Source: Alkalibaculum sporogenes (GTDB taxonomy: Bacteria > Bacillota > Clostridia > Eubacteriales > Alkalibacteraceae). Taken from it: a stretch of DNA of 32,000 nt. The notes beneath the pieces were generated by a model that was not told the origin of the DNA, did not search any database, and was given only the letters and a program-made list of their open reading frames with translations. Both the position numbers and the translations under genes were made by a program. Location: positions 50,914 through 82,913 of the forward strand of contig NZ_WHNX01000015.1 of the NCBI RefSeq assembly GCF_009362815.1, given 5' to 3'. Below, one piece after another: positions 8,056-15,791 of this stretch; position 1 is the first letter of the stretch, and each line of letters starts with the position of its first letter.

Positions 8056-8805
8056 TTGAATGAAGGTTGGATAAAACTTCATAGGAAAACATTAGAGAAC
8101 CCAATTGTATGCAAAGATTCAGATCATCTCGCTTTATGGATATATCTTCTGGCTAATGCTACTCATACAGAGTACGGCAGTATGTTTAAGGGTGAGAGGA
8201 TTACTTTGCAACCAGGTCAACTTTTAGCAGGCAGAAAGTCAATAGCTTCGTTTTTAAAGGTTAATGAAAATAAAGTGCAAAGAATGTTAAAGTCATTCGA
8301 AATTGAACAACAGATTAAACAACAAACAAGTAACCAAAATAGGTTAATATCAATACTTAATTGGACTTTATATCAATCAAGTGAACAACAAAGTGAACAA
8401 CAAGTGAACAACAAGCGAACAACGAGTGAACAACAAGTGAACACAAACAAGAATGTAAAGAATATAGAGAATGTAAAGAATGATAAGAATTATAAATACA
8501 TAGTCGAGTATCTGAATCAGAAAACCGGTAAAAGCTTTTCCACCAAGACAAAGTCAACGACGGCTAAGATACATGCAAGATTAGAAGAGGGGTTCACTGT
8601 AGATGATTTTAAAAAAGTCATCGATATCAAAACAAGTGAATGGCTCAGTGACGCTAATATGCAGAAATATCTAAGACCAGAGACGTTGTTCGGGAACAAG
8701 TTTGAAAGTTACTTAAACCAGAAACTAAAAACTCAACAACAATCTAGTAACCCTTTTCTAGAAATGCTTAAAGACGAGATGGTGAAAGGAGAGCATGATG
8801 AATAA
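8056..8805 (+). CDS. Phage replisome organizer / DnaD-like replication initiator with conserved phage C-terminus
   Basis: TTG start. N-terminal WIKLHRKTLENPI...LALWIYLLANA...ITLQPGQLLAGRKSIA winged-helix pattern. C-terminal IVEYLNQKTGKSF...RLEEGFTVDDFKKVID...LRPETLFGNKFESYLNQ matches the Phg_2220_C type. Confidence 0.8.
   Translation: MNEGWIKLHRKTLENPIVCKDSDHLALWIYLLANATHTEYGSMFKGERITLQPGQLLAGRKSIASFLKVNENKVQRMLKSFEIEQQIKQQTSNQNRLISILNWTLYQSSEQQSEQQVNNKRTTSEQQVNTNKNVKNIENVKNDKNYKYIVEYLNQKTGKSFSTKTKSTTAKIHARLEEGFTVDDFKKVIDIKTSEWLSDANMQKYLRPETLFGNKFESYLNQKLKTQQQSSNPFLEMLKDEMVKGEHDE
8381..8446. repeat. Six tandem direct repeats of GTGAACAACAA (two degenerate): candidate origin iterons
   Basis: Copies at 8381-8391, 8393-8403, 8404-8414, 8415-8423 (GCGAACAAC), 8426-8436 and 8437-8446 (GTGAACACAA), inside the organizer gene linker. 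Confidence 0.75.
8451..8481. repeat. GAATGTAAAGAAT direct repeat x2 in an AT-rich tract next to the iterons
   Basis: Identical 13-mers at 8451-8463 and 8469-8481, followed by the AT-rich GATAAGAATTATAAATACATAG. Confidence 0.7.
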
Positions 8806-9331
8806 AACTGAGACTATAGGTATAATGGCAATCTTAAAAGAGGCCTATCCCATGTACTACAAAAACAAAACAAAAGAAGAACTTAATACAGCAGTAAATC
8901 TATGGGTTGAAATGTTTTCAGACGAAGATATTAATTTAGTAAAAGCGGCAGTTAAAGCTTACCTAGCAAACGACATAAAGGGATTTCCGCCAGTAATAGG
9001 TCAGATTAAAAATAGTGTATATAATCTGACGAACCCAGGGCAAATGACTGAGCAAGAAGCATGGGGGTTAGTTTATAAAGCAGTTGGCAATGGTTATTAC
9101 AATTCAGTCGAAGAATTTAAAAAATTACCGTTAACGATTCAAAATGTTTTAGGCAGTCATACACAACTAATTCAATGGTCACAGATGGACTCGACAACGC
9201 TTCAATCGGTAGTGGCTTCAAATTTTATGAGAAGTTATAAGGCGAGATCACAAACCGAGCGAGAGTATCAAAAATTACCTAACGATATTAAAAATTTAAT
9301 AGATAGCACATTGTTAAAGATTGAGGGGTGA
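8798..9331 (+). CDS. Putative replicative-helicase loader (SPP1 G39P-like)
   Basis: ILKEAYPMYYKN...ELNTAVNLWVEMFSDEDINLVKAAVKAYLANDIKGFPPVIGQIKN resembles the G39P loader/inhibitor family. The position after the organizer fits. ATG 8798 has better SD spacing than 8795. Confidence 0.55.
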   Translation: MNKTETIGIMAILKEAYPMYYKNKTKEELNTAVNLWVEMFSDEDINLVKAAVKAYLANDIKGFPPVIGQIKNSVYNLTNPGQMTEQEAWGLVYKAVGNGYYNSVEEFKKLPLTIQNVLGSHTQLIQWSQMDSTTLQSVVASNFMRSYKARSQTEREYQKLPNDIKNLIDSTLLKIEG

Positions 9332-9338
9332 TTAATTC

Positions 9339-9602
9339 ATGGACGGCTTCACTGAGATAAAAACATGTGACATTTGTGAAGGCAAAGGATGGATCATGGT
9401 AGAAAAAAGGCATTATAAAAAAATAACACTACGTGACGAAGCGCCTAAAAGTGTATTCGCCGGAGCTTGCAACACTGTTTATAACTGCACATGCAAAAAT
9501 GAATATATCCCAAATGCTAAAAATTACCGAGAAGCAGGCATCAATCTTGGGACATACGAAAAGGATTACGCAGGAAAATACATGGCTAGGAGGTCAGCGT
9601 GA
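9339..9602 (+). CDS. Hypothetical Cys-rich protein (87 aa)
   Basis: SD GAGGGGTG. CDICEGKGW is a DnaJ-type CxxCxGxG zinc motif, and there are further Cys (CNTVYNCTC). Confidence 0.7.
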   Translation: MDGFTEIKTCDICEGKGWIMVEKRHYKKITLRDEAPKSVFAGACNTVYNCTCKNEYIPNAKNYREAGINLGTYEKDYAGKYMARRSA

Positions 9603-9889
9603 TGGAATTAGTATTAAGCGACAAGTATCAAATATCGACAGATCAATTTAACTACATACTCCAGGAGAAATCCGTTGTTAAAGACGGGAATAATGCTGGA
9701 CAGGAATACACTAAAAATATAGGCTACTATGGCAAATTGGAACAAGCATTAAAAGTTGTTTTAGACCTCAAGATAAAGGACGTCGATAAAGCAAATATAA
9801 AGCAGCTACATGATCACCTGGCGCTTATAAATGACGTTATGAAGGATATGGTTAAGAGGCTAGAGACGCAAATGGAGGGATTGAAGTGA
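9599..9889 (+). CDS. Hypothetical protein (96 aa)
   Basis: AGGAGG lies 5-8 nt upstream of GTG/ATG. Overlap-coupled at both ends. Confidence 0.7.
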   Translation: MMELVLSDKYQISTDQFNYILQEKSVVKDGNNAGQEYTKNIGYYGKLEQALKVVLDLKIKDVDKANIKQLHDHLALINDVMKDMVKRLETQMEGLK

Positions 9890-10263
9890 GTAATAAAGAA
9901 GTTGATATAAGTGTCTATAAGTTTAAGATTGATGATATTCCTAAGAGTTTAAATCATTACGCAGGTAGGGCTAACTCATGGGAGTATCGAGAGGATAAAA
10001 AGAACTGGACAGCACTTGTATATTATAACTGTATAGGGAAAAGACCTAAGAATCCTATAACAAAAGCTCTCGTAACTATTACATACTTCTTCCCTACACA
10101 AAGTAGACGTGACCCGGATAACTATAGCGGTAAGATGATCATGGACGGACTAGTCACTGCTGGAGTGTTGGAAGATGATTCATTTGGATGCATTGAACTA
10201 AGGTTGAGGGGTGAATATGACAAGGTTGAACCCAGGACTGAGATAGTAGTGGAGGTTATGTGA
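9886..10263 (+). CDS. rusA: RusA-family Holliday-junction resolvase
   Basis: PKSLNHYAGR...TITYFFPTQSRRDPDNYSGKMIMDGLVTAGVLEDDS contains the RusA RxDxDN / DGL signature. Confidence 0.8.
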   Translation: MSNKEVDISVYKFKIDDIPKSLNHYAGRANSWEYREDKKNWTALVYYNCIGKRPKNPITKALVTITYFFPTQSRRDPDNYSGKMIMDGLVTAGVLEDDSFGCIELRLRGEYDKVEPRTEIVVEVM

Positions 10264-10943
10264 TGATTAAAGTTATACATAAAACAGGCTATAAAGCCAC
10301 AGCAGACGATGTTAGACGTGATCAAAACGGAAAGGTAATTGCAGTACACATACCAATTATGGGATGGAAAGATGTTAAAATATTTATTCCTGAAATACCA
10401 AAAGAGTGGGAACAACGAACACGTAGTGGTCACACAAATATCTGGAATGACAATTTTCACAAAAATGGATTACCTGAAATTAGATTAGAACCACCTATGC
10501 GAGGCTTATATGCTGAAAGATTTGAGGATGGTTGGTATTGGGTTTGTGGATGCAATAAATGCTTAAAGAACAATGAGCCATATTCTTATATTGTTTGCGA
10601 GGAACATGACCGATGCACTACGTGTGGAACTCACAGAAAAGAACTCACTGAAACACCTTGGGGGCATCGGGATGGTTTTCAATGCAAACCTTGTTACGAA
10701 AGAGAACATGAAGAGAAAAAAGAAAAAGCATTAAGAGTAGCGAAAGAGAGAAAACATTCTAAATATGACTGTTGTAATACGAGTGAAATTATATGCCCAA
10801 TATGTGCTTCAGAATGCTCGAGTGACGACATGTATGAGCAAGGAGAACACGAAGTAGAATGTTATGTGTGTGACACTGAATTTATTGTGGAAATCGAGTA
10901 CGATGTGAACTATACGTCTAAACTTAAAAAAAATACTGCGTAA
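10263..10943 (+). CDS. Hypothetical multi-zinc-ribbon Cys-rich protein (226 aa)
   Basis: Cys clusters CGCNKC, CTTC, CKPC, CC, CPIC...C and CYVC. ATG 10263 lies 7 nt after GGAGG. Confidence 0.8.
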   Translation: MIKVIHKTGYKATADDVRRDQNGKVIAVHIPIMGWKDVKIFIPEIPKEWEQRTRSGHTNIWNDNFHKNGLPEIRLEPPMRGLYAERFEDGWYWVCGCNKCLKNNEPYSYIVCEEHDRCTTCGTHRKELTETPWGHRDGFQCKPCYEREHEEKKEKALRVAKERKHSKYDCCNTSEIICPICASECSSDDMYEQGEHEVECYVCDTEFIVEIEYDVNYTSKLKKNTA

Positions 10944-11002
10944 TTCCAAGAATAATCCGTAATAGATCTTAATATACAAAACGAACATAAGGAGGGTTGC
11001 CT

Positions 11003-11434
11003 TTGACTAAAGATATCCTACTACAATACCGAGATCAGAAAGAAGAAATAAAAGATTTACGATGCCGAATCGAAAGGTTACAAAAGCAAATAGAAAAAAT
11101 CGAGCAAGAAGGTAGTGTTATTGACAGCGTAAAAGGCGGAGCAGGAGGAACTAGACGCTACGTAATCGAAGGTTTCCCCTATCCCGAATATAGTAAGAAA
11201 AAATCTAGATTAAGGTTAAATAAAGCACAGTTAGAGCTTGCAGAACTTGAATTGCTTGAAGTAACAGTGGAAGTCGAGGAATACATACAGTCCGTAAAAG
11301 ATAGCAGGATTAGGCGGATACTAAGGTTAAAGTATATAGACAATTTAACCTGGTTGCAAGTTGCTAGGAGTATGAGAGGAACAGCGACAGCAGATAGCGT
11401 AAGAATGGAACATAATCGTTTTTTAGGAATATAG
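11003..11434 (+). CDS. Candidate late-gene transcriptional activator (RinA/ArpU/DUF1492 superfamily, sigma-70 region-4-like HTH)
   Basis: C-terminal DSRIRRILRLKYIDNLTWLQVARSM...SVRMEHNRFL is sigma region-4-like. Its size and its position just upstream of the packaging genes are typical. TTG 11003 lies 7 nt after GGAGG, whereas the track start 10997 lies only 1 nt after it. Confidence 0.6.
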   Translation: MTKDILLQYRDQKEEIKDLRCRIERLQKQIEKIEQEGSVIDSVKGGAGGTRRYVIEGFPYPEYSKKKSRLRLNKAQLELAELELLEVTVEVEEYIQSVKDSRIRRILRLKYIDNLTWLQVARSMRGTATADSVRMEHNRFLGI

Positions 11435-11441
11435 AAAGTTT

Positions 11442-11459
11442 GTTCGTTTTGTTCGTTTT
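11442..11459. repeat. Tandem 9-mer GTTCGTTTT x2
   Basis: GTTCGTTTTGTTCGTTTT, starting 7 nt after the activator gene stop. Confidence 0.7.
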
Positions 11460-11482
11460 GAATGTGCTACACTTGTATTATG

Positions 11483-11538
11483 AAGAACTGCGATTATAGC
11501 CCTTGAAAGACATACAGAGGGAGACGCAGTTCTTTTTT
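11483..11538 (+). terminator. Compound intrinsic terminator / structured RNA
   Basis: 10-bp stem AAGAACTGCG (11483-11492) pairs with CGCAGTTCTT (11525-11534). An inner CCCT/AGGG helix sits in the 32-nt loop. The T-run 11533-11538 is partly within the stem. Confidence 0.6.
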
Positions 11539-11552
11539 CTCACCCTCCTTTG

Positions 11553-11575
11553 CCCTGGGCGACTCGCGCCTGGGG
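11553..11575 (+). other. GC-rich hairpin (possible second terminator or protein/RNA recognition element)
   Basis: CCCTGGGCG-ACTCG-CGCCTGGGG forms 9 bp including two G-U pairs, followed by ATTTATAATTATTTT. It is unusually GC-rich for this genome. Confidence 0.4.
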
Positions 11576-11607
11576 ATTTATAATTATTTTACAGAAAATA
11601 AAGGTAT

Positions 11608-11637
11608 TTGGAATATTTTGTAGAATTAGATTAGTAT
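11608..11637 (+). promoter_or_regulatory. Weak sigma-A-like promoter candidate for the 183-aa gene
   Basis: TTGGAA, an 18-nt spacer, then TAGTAT, about 30 nt upstream of ATG 11667. Each hexamer matches only 4/6. Confidence 0.25.
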
Positions 11638-11666
11638 CAAAGAAGAAAAAGGAGCGATAGTTTGAA

Positions 11667-12218
11667 ATGGATAATTATATACAGATGATTCTCGAGTATT
11701 TTGACACACATGAAAAGAGTTTAATAGACAATGAGAAGTATGAAGAACTCAAAGAGAAAATAAAAAAAGATATAGCATTAGGGAAAAAGGAAATATTTGA
11801 AGTTGTTAAAGGGTTAAAGACTGAAGACATTGAAGATAGTGTAAAGTTGACTTCAACTATTAATAAAGTATCAAATTTAAAAGTGAAATTAAACTATTTA
11901 AGCTTTATAATGAGAAAGAAGAAATTACCTTGTGGTATTTCAAAACTAAAGAATGTATTTTACGGCGACGATGAGGAAGAAATAACATTTGATTATGCTC
12001 ATCTTAGGGTAGAGGATGATGAAGATGGGGAACACTGGTATGTGCTTTTTGGAAATGCAGAAAATAAGGAGCTATTATTTTCACTAACGTATCATAAGCC
12101 GTTAAAAATAATATTGGTACTTGGAGAAAATGAAAAATACCAAGGGAAAGCCATCTTGAGATCATCGAACTTAACTGAGGTAGAATTGTCAGGTAGTAGC
12201 AAGTTAGAAAAAATATAA
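11667..12218 (+). CDS. Orphan 183-aa protein (moron-like accessory gene), no family recognised
   Basis: ORF with AAGGAG 12 nt upstream. Terminators lie on both sides. It is inserted between the late activator and terS. It has an acidic patch DDEEEITFDYAHLRVEDDEDGEHW. Confidence 0.75.
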   Translation: MDNYIQMILEYFDTHEKSLIDNEKYEELKEKIKKDIALGKKEIFEVVKGLKTEDIEDSVKLTSTINKVSNLKVKLNYLSFIMRKKKLPCGISKLKNVFYGDDEEEITFDYAHLRVEDDEDGEHWYVLFGNAENKELLFSLTYHKPLKIILVLGENEKYQGKAILRSSNLTEVELSGSSKLEKI

Positions 12219-12227
12219 AACTTAAAT

Positions 12228-12249
12228 GCATCCATAAGGGTGCTTTTTT
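12228..12249 (+). terminator. Intrinsic terminator after the 183-aa gene
   Basis: GCATCC-ATAA-GGGTGC followed by TTTTTT. Confidence 0.7.
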
Positions 12250-12283
12250 AATACCGCAAAACAAACGACAAGTAGGTGGTGGT

Positions 12284-13021
12284 GTGGAAGATCAACTAAA
12301 AGAAGTTAGAAATAAAGCAAAGATCGAGTACATAAAAGGCACTAAGCAGAAAGACATATGTAATCTGCTTGATATACCATTCAACACCCTACAAAGCTGG
12401 ATAAAGCGTGGAGGTTGGAAGGAAGAAAAGAAATTAAAAAATAGTGCACAAAAAAAAGAAAATAGTGCACTAAAAAAAATAGGTGCGCCAATTGGAAATA
12501 TGAACGCTAAAGGTAATAAAGGCGGCTCCCCTGCTCCTGGTAATAAGAATGCAGAGAAACATGGATTCTTTTCTAAGTACCTCCCCCAGGACACTCTTGA
12601 TCTCATAAATGGGATTGAAACTATGAATCCTTTGGACATTCTTTGGGGGAATATACAGATTCAGTATGCTGCTATTATTCGGGCGCAGAAGATCATGTAT
12701 GTTGAGGACCAGGAAGATGTAACCACTACACAAATAGCAAAAGGCTACAGTGATTCTGGCAGTAGTGAAAAATGGGAAGTGCAGCAAGCCTGGGATAAGC
12801 ATGCGACTTTCTTAAATGCACAGTCTCGAGCAATGAAAACAATAGAAGGCATGATTAAGCAATATGACGGGCTTTGTAAGTCCGATTTAGCTACTGAGGA
12901 ACAAAGATTAAGGATTGATAAGTTGAAAGTAGAGATAGACGCATTGAAGGGTGAAAAGAAAGATACATCACTCATGGACGCATTAATAGAGGGGCGAAAG
13001 AAATATGAAGAAGGTAATTAG
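12284..13021 (+). CDS. terS: Terminase small subunit
   Basis: N-terminal HTH (KDICNLLDIPFNTLQSWIKRGGW), Gly/Asn-rich GAPIGNMNAKGNKGG..GNKNAEKHG repeats typical of this TerS family, and a position directly upstream of TerL. Confidence 0.8.
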   Translation: MEDQLKEVRNKAKIEYIKGTKQKDICNLLDIPFNTLQSWIKRGGWKEEKKLKNSAQKKENSALKKIGAPIGNMNAKGNKGGSPAPGNKNAEKHGFFSKYLPQDTLDLINGIETMNPLDILWGNIQIQYAAIIRAQKIMYVEDQEDVTTTQIAKGYSDSGSSEKWEVQQAWDKHATFLNAQSRAMKTIEGMIKQYDGLCKSDLATEEQRLRIDKLKVEIDALKGEKKDTSLMDALIEGRKKYEEGN

Positions 13022-14279
13022 TTTTTCGCCTAAACAATTAGAATGCATATATCGCCCTTACGATTACACCTTTGACGTACTAGAGGGGACACCCAGATCT
13101 GGGAAGACAACCGCTGCACACTTTAGGTATGCCGACTACCTAATTGGGTCTAGAGACCAAAATCATTTAGTGAGTGCCTATAACCAAGAACAAGCCTTTC
13201 GGCTTTTTATAGATGGTGACGGCACAGGACTAATGCATATATTCGATGGTTATTGTGATGTTAAGCATGATGAGCACGGCGATCACTTGCTAATACATAC
13301 TCCCCTTGGAAAAAAGAAAGTGTACTACAAAGGTGGAGCAAAGGTAAATAGTGTTGGAGCTATCACAGGAATGTCCTTAGGATCAGTAATGTTTTGTGAA
13401 ATCAACTTATTACATATGGATTTTATCCAGGAATGTTTCAGAAGGACCTTTGCCGCGCAGGATAGGTACTTCTTAGCAGATCTTAACCCTCCCTCCCCTA
13501 ATCATCCAGTCATCAAGGATGTATTTGGCATTCAGAATACAAGATGGACGCATTGGACAATGAAAGACAATCCAATTATCACAGAAGAAAGAAAGTTAGA
13601 AATCTATAATACGTTAAAAAACTCAAAGTATCTCCTTGAACGAGACTGGCATGGTAACAGAGTATTGCCGGCAGGTGTTATATATTCAATGCTTGATATG
13701 AATAAGCATGTTAAGCAAACTCTTTTAGGAAATCCTTACGAAATGTATTTTTCTGCTGATGGCGGTCAATCTGATGCGACATCTTGCAGCTGCAATATCG
13801 TTACTAACTACGAAAAGAAATTCAGACTAAACCGTGTAGCAAATTATTATCATTCGGGTAAAGACACAGGTCAAACAAAGGCGATGAGCGTATATGCAAG
13901 AGAAATAAAAATATTTGTGCAATGGTGCAGAGATAAATACGAAATGAACTTTAGTGAATTCTTCGTTGATCCAGCTTGCAAGTCTTTACGCGAGGAACTG
14001 CATTTAGTCGGGATACAAACAAGACCTGCAGACAATAACGGACATGACATAAAGGGCAGTTTAAAAGGCATTGAAGTCGGGATTGAAAGGTTACAAAATT
14101 CAATCGATAGCGAACAATTTTTATTAGTGGATAATGACAAATATAGCCACTACGATTTTATACAAGAGGTCGGCATGTATTGCAGAGACGATAATGGTAA
14201 ACCGGTCGATGCTTACAATCATAGTCTTGATGAAGCACGCTATGCAAACAATTATTTTTATCGAAGATATGTACTATAA
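13005..14279 (+). CDS. terL: Terminase large subunit (PBSX/Terminase_3-like, headful type)
   Basis: Walker A EGTPRSGKT near the N-terminus. The C-terminal nuclease half ends in the typical AYNHSLDEARYA. Confidence 0.9.
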   Translation: MKKVISFSPKQLECIYRPYDYTFDVLEGTPRSGKTTAAHFRYADYLIGSRDQNHLVSAYNQEQAFRLFIDGDGTGLMHIFDGYCDVKHDEHGDHLLIHTPLGKKKVYYKGGAKVNSVGAITGMSLGSVMFCEINLLHMDFIQECFRRTFAAQDRYFLADLNPPSPNHPVIKDVFGIQNTRWTHWTMKDNPIITEERKLEIYNTLKNSKYLLERDWHGNRVLPAGVIYSMLDMNKHVKQTLLGNPYEMYFSADGGQSDATSCSCNIVTNYEKKFRLNRVANYYHSGKDTGQTKAMSVYAREIKIFVQWCRDKYEMNFSEFFVDPACKSLREELHLVGIQTRPADNNGHDIKGSLKGIEVGIERLQNSIDSEQFLLVDNDKYSHYDFIQEVGMYCRDDNGKPVDAYNHSLDEARYANNYFYRRYVL

Positions 14280-14291
14280 GGCGGTGAATTC

Positions 14292-15791
14292 ATGTTTAAA
14301 AATATAATCTCTAAGGTAAGGGGGTTGCTCTATAAAATGGGTCTAATTAAAGGGATTAAGAAAATAACTCAACATAAAAATATAATTGCCGATGATGAGT
14401 TTTATGATCGCATGAATATTTGGCATGTATTGTATAAAGGATATTATGAAGAATGGCATAAAGTAAAATATCATACAATTGAGAGCGGTGAGCAGACTAG
14501 GCGAATGCACACGCTTAATATGCCTAAAGTCTTATCTGAGGAAATGGCCAAACTTATATTTAACGAAAAATGCGAGATCAATATATCTGATGGAGGGCTC
14601 AAGGAAAAGATAGACAAAGTTTTAAAAGATAATAAGTTTTATCATCAATTCCAGAGGTATTTAGAGTACATGTTTGCTCTAGGTGGCATGGCTATAAAAG
14701 TTTATGCTGATGAAAATGATAAAATTTGCATTGGTTTTGTCTCAGCAGATTGTTTTATCCCGATAAGACAAAACAACTCAGATATCCAAGAGGGCTTATT
14801 TGTGAATCAATCTAAAAAAGCCATGAACGGTAAAAATATATATTACACTCTTTTAGAGTGGCACACATGGGAGAATGGAGATTACGTTATCTCTAATGAG
14901 CTTTATAAAAGTGAGATGTGCGGAGAAATAGGATATAAAACAAGTCTCGCTGAGTTATATCCTAGCTTGGCTGAGACCGTAACTATTAAGGATATAAAAC
15001 GACCTTTGTTTATCTATTCTAAGCCTAATGTTGCGAATAACTTTGATACCCAATCACCGCTTGGTATCTCTATATATGCAAATTGTCTTGATACCATAAA
15101 GGCGTTGGACGTAGCTTTTGATAGTTTTATGCGTGAATTTAAATTAGGGAAAAAGAGAATAATAGTCCCCCAGTCAGCAGTTAAAACTGTTATTGACCCG
15201 ATTACTGGTTCACCACGAAGGTATTTTGACGCAAACGATGAGGTATATGAGGCTCTTAACTTTGAAATGGATTCAACAGCTAAAAATATTCAAGATATAT
15301 CAGTGGAATTAAGAGTAGAAGAACATATATCTGCAATACAAGCCTTTTTAGATATTTTGTCTATGCAAGTAGGCTTTAGCGCTGGCACCTTTACATTTGA
15401 CGGTAAAGGAGTTAAAACAGCAACAGAAGTTATAAGTGAAAATTCTAAAACATTTAGAACGATGACTAGCCATGAGTCTCTCGTAGAAGAAGCTATAAGA
15501 GATTTAGTCCGTGCAATAGTTGATGTAGCAGCTCTTTATAAGATATTCACAGTAACCGAGGATTTTGAAGTAAACGTTGATTTTGACGATAGTATTATTG
15601 AGGACACAGAAGCCGTTGCTAAGAGAGCTATGCTTGAACTAAACAGTGGGATTATTGATAAGGTAATATACTATCAAAGAGTTTATAAATACACAAAAGA
15701 GCAAGCAGTCGACCTAGTAGCAGAAATTGAAGCACGCTCCCCTCCTCCTGACGAAGGTGATTTTATACCCGGAGGTGACGGTGATGAATAG
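14292..15791 (+). CDS. Portal protein (SPP1 gp6-like)
   Basis: 499 aa directly after TerL. I recognise it as SPP1-type portal. Acidic/Pro-rich C-terminal tail. Confidence 0.85.
   Translation: MFKNIISKVRGLLYKMGLIKGIKKITQHKNIIADDEFYDRMNIWHVLYKGYYEEWHKVKYHTIESGEQTRRMHTLNMPKVLSEEMAKLIFNEKCEINISDGGLKEKIDKVLKDNKFYHQFQRYLEYMFALGGMAIKVYADENDKICIGFVSADCFIPIRQNNSDIQEGLFVNQSKKAMNGKNIYYTLLEWHTWENGDYVISNELYKSEMCGEIGYKTSLAELYPSLAETVTIKDIKRPLFIYSKPNVANNFDTQSPLGISIYANCLDTIKALDVAFDSFMREFKLGKKRIIVPQSAVKTVIDPITGSPRRYFDANDEVYEALNFEMDSTAKNIQDISVELRVEEHISAIQAFLDILSMQVGFSAGTFTFDGKGVKTATEVISENSKTFRTMTSHESLVEEAIRDLVRAIVDVAALYKIFTVTEDFEVNVDFDDSIIEDTEAVAKRAMLELNSGIIDKVIYYQRVYKYTKEQAVDLVAEIEARSPPPDEGDFIPGGDGDE

Noticed and set aside
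8381-8446. Possible CRISPR-like or other repeat array
   Set aside because: The units are 11 nt and directly abutting with no spacers. They lie inside a coding region next to an AT-rich tract. They are better explained as origin iterons.
9433-9651. 72-aa + strand ORF overlapping two genes out of frame
   Set aside because: It has no SD. It is fully covered by 9339-9602 and 9599-9889, both of which have SDs and coupling.
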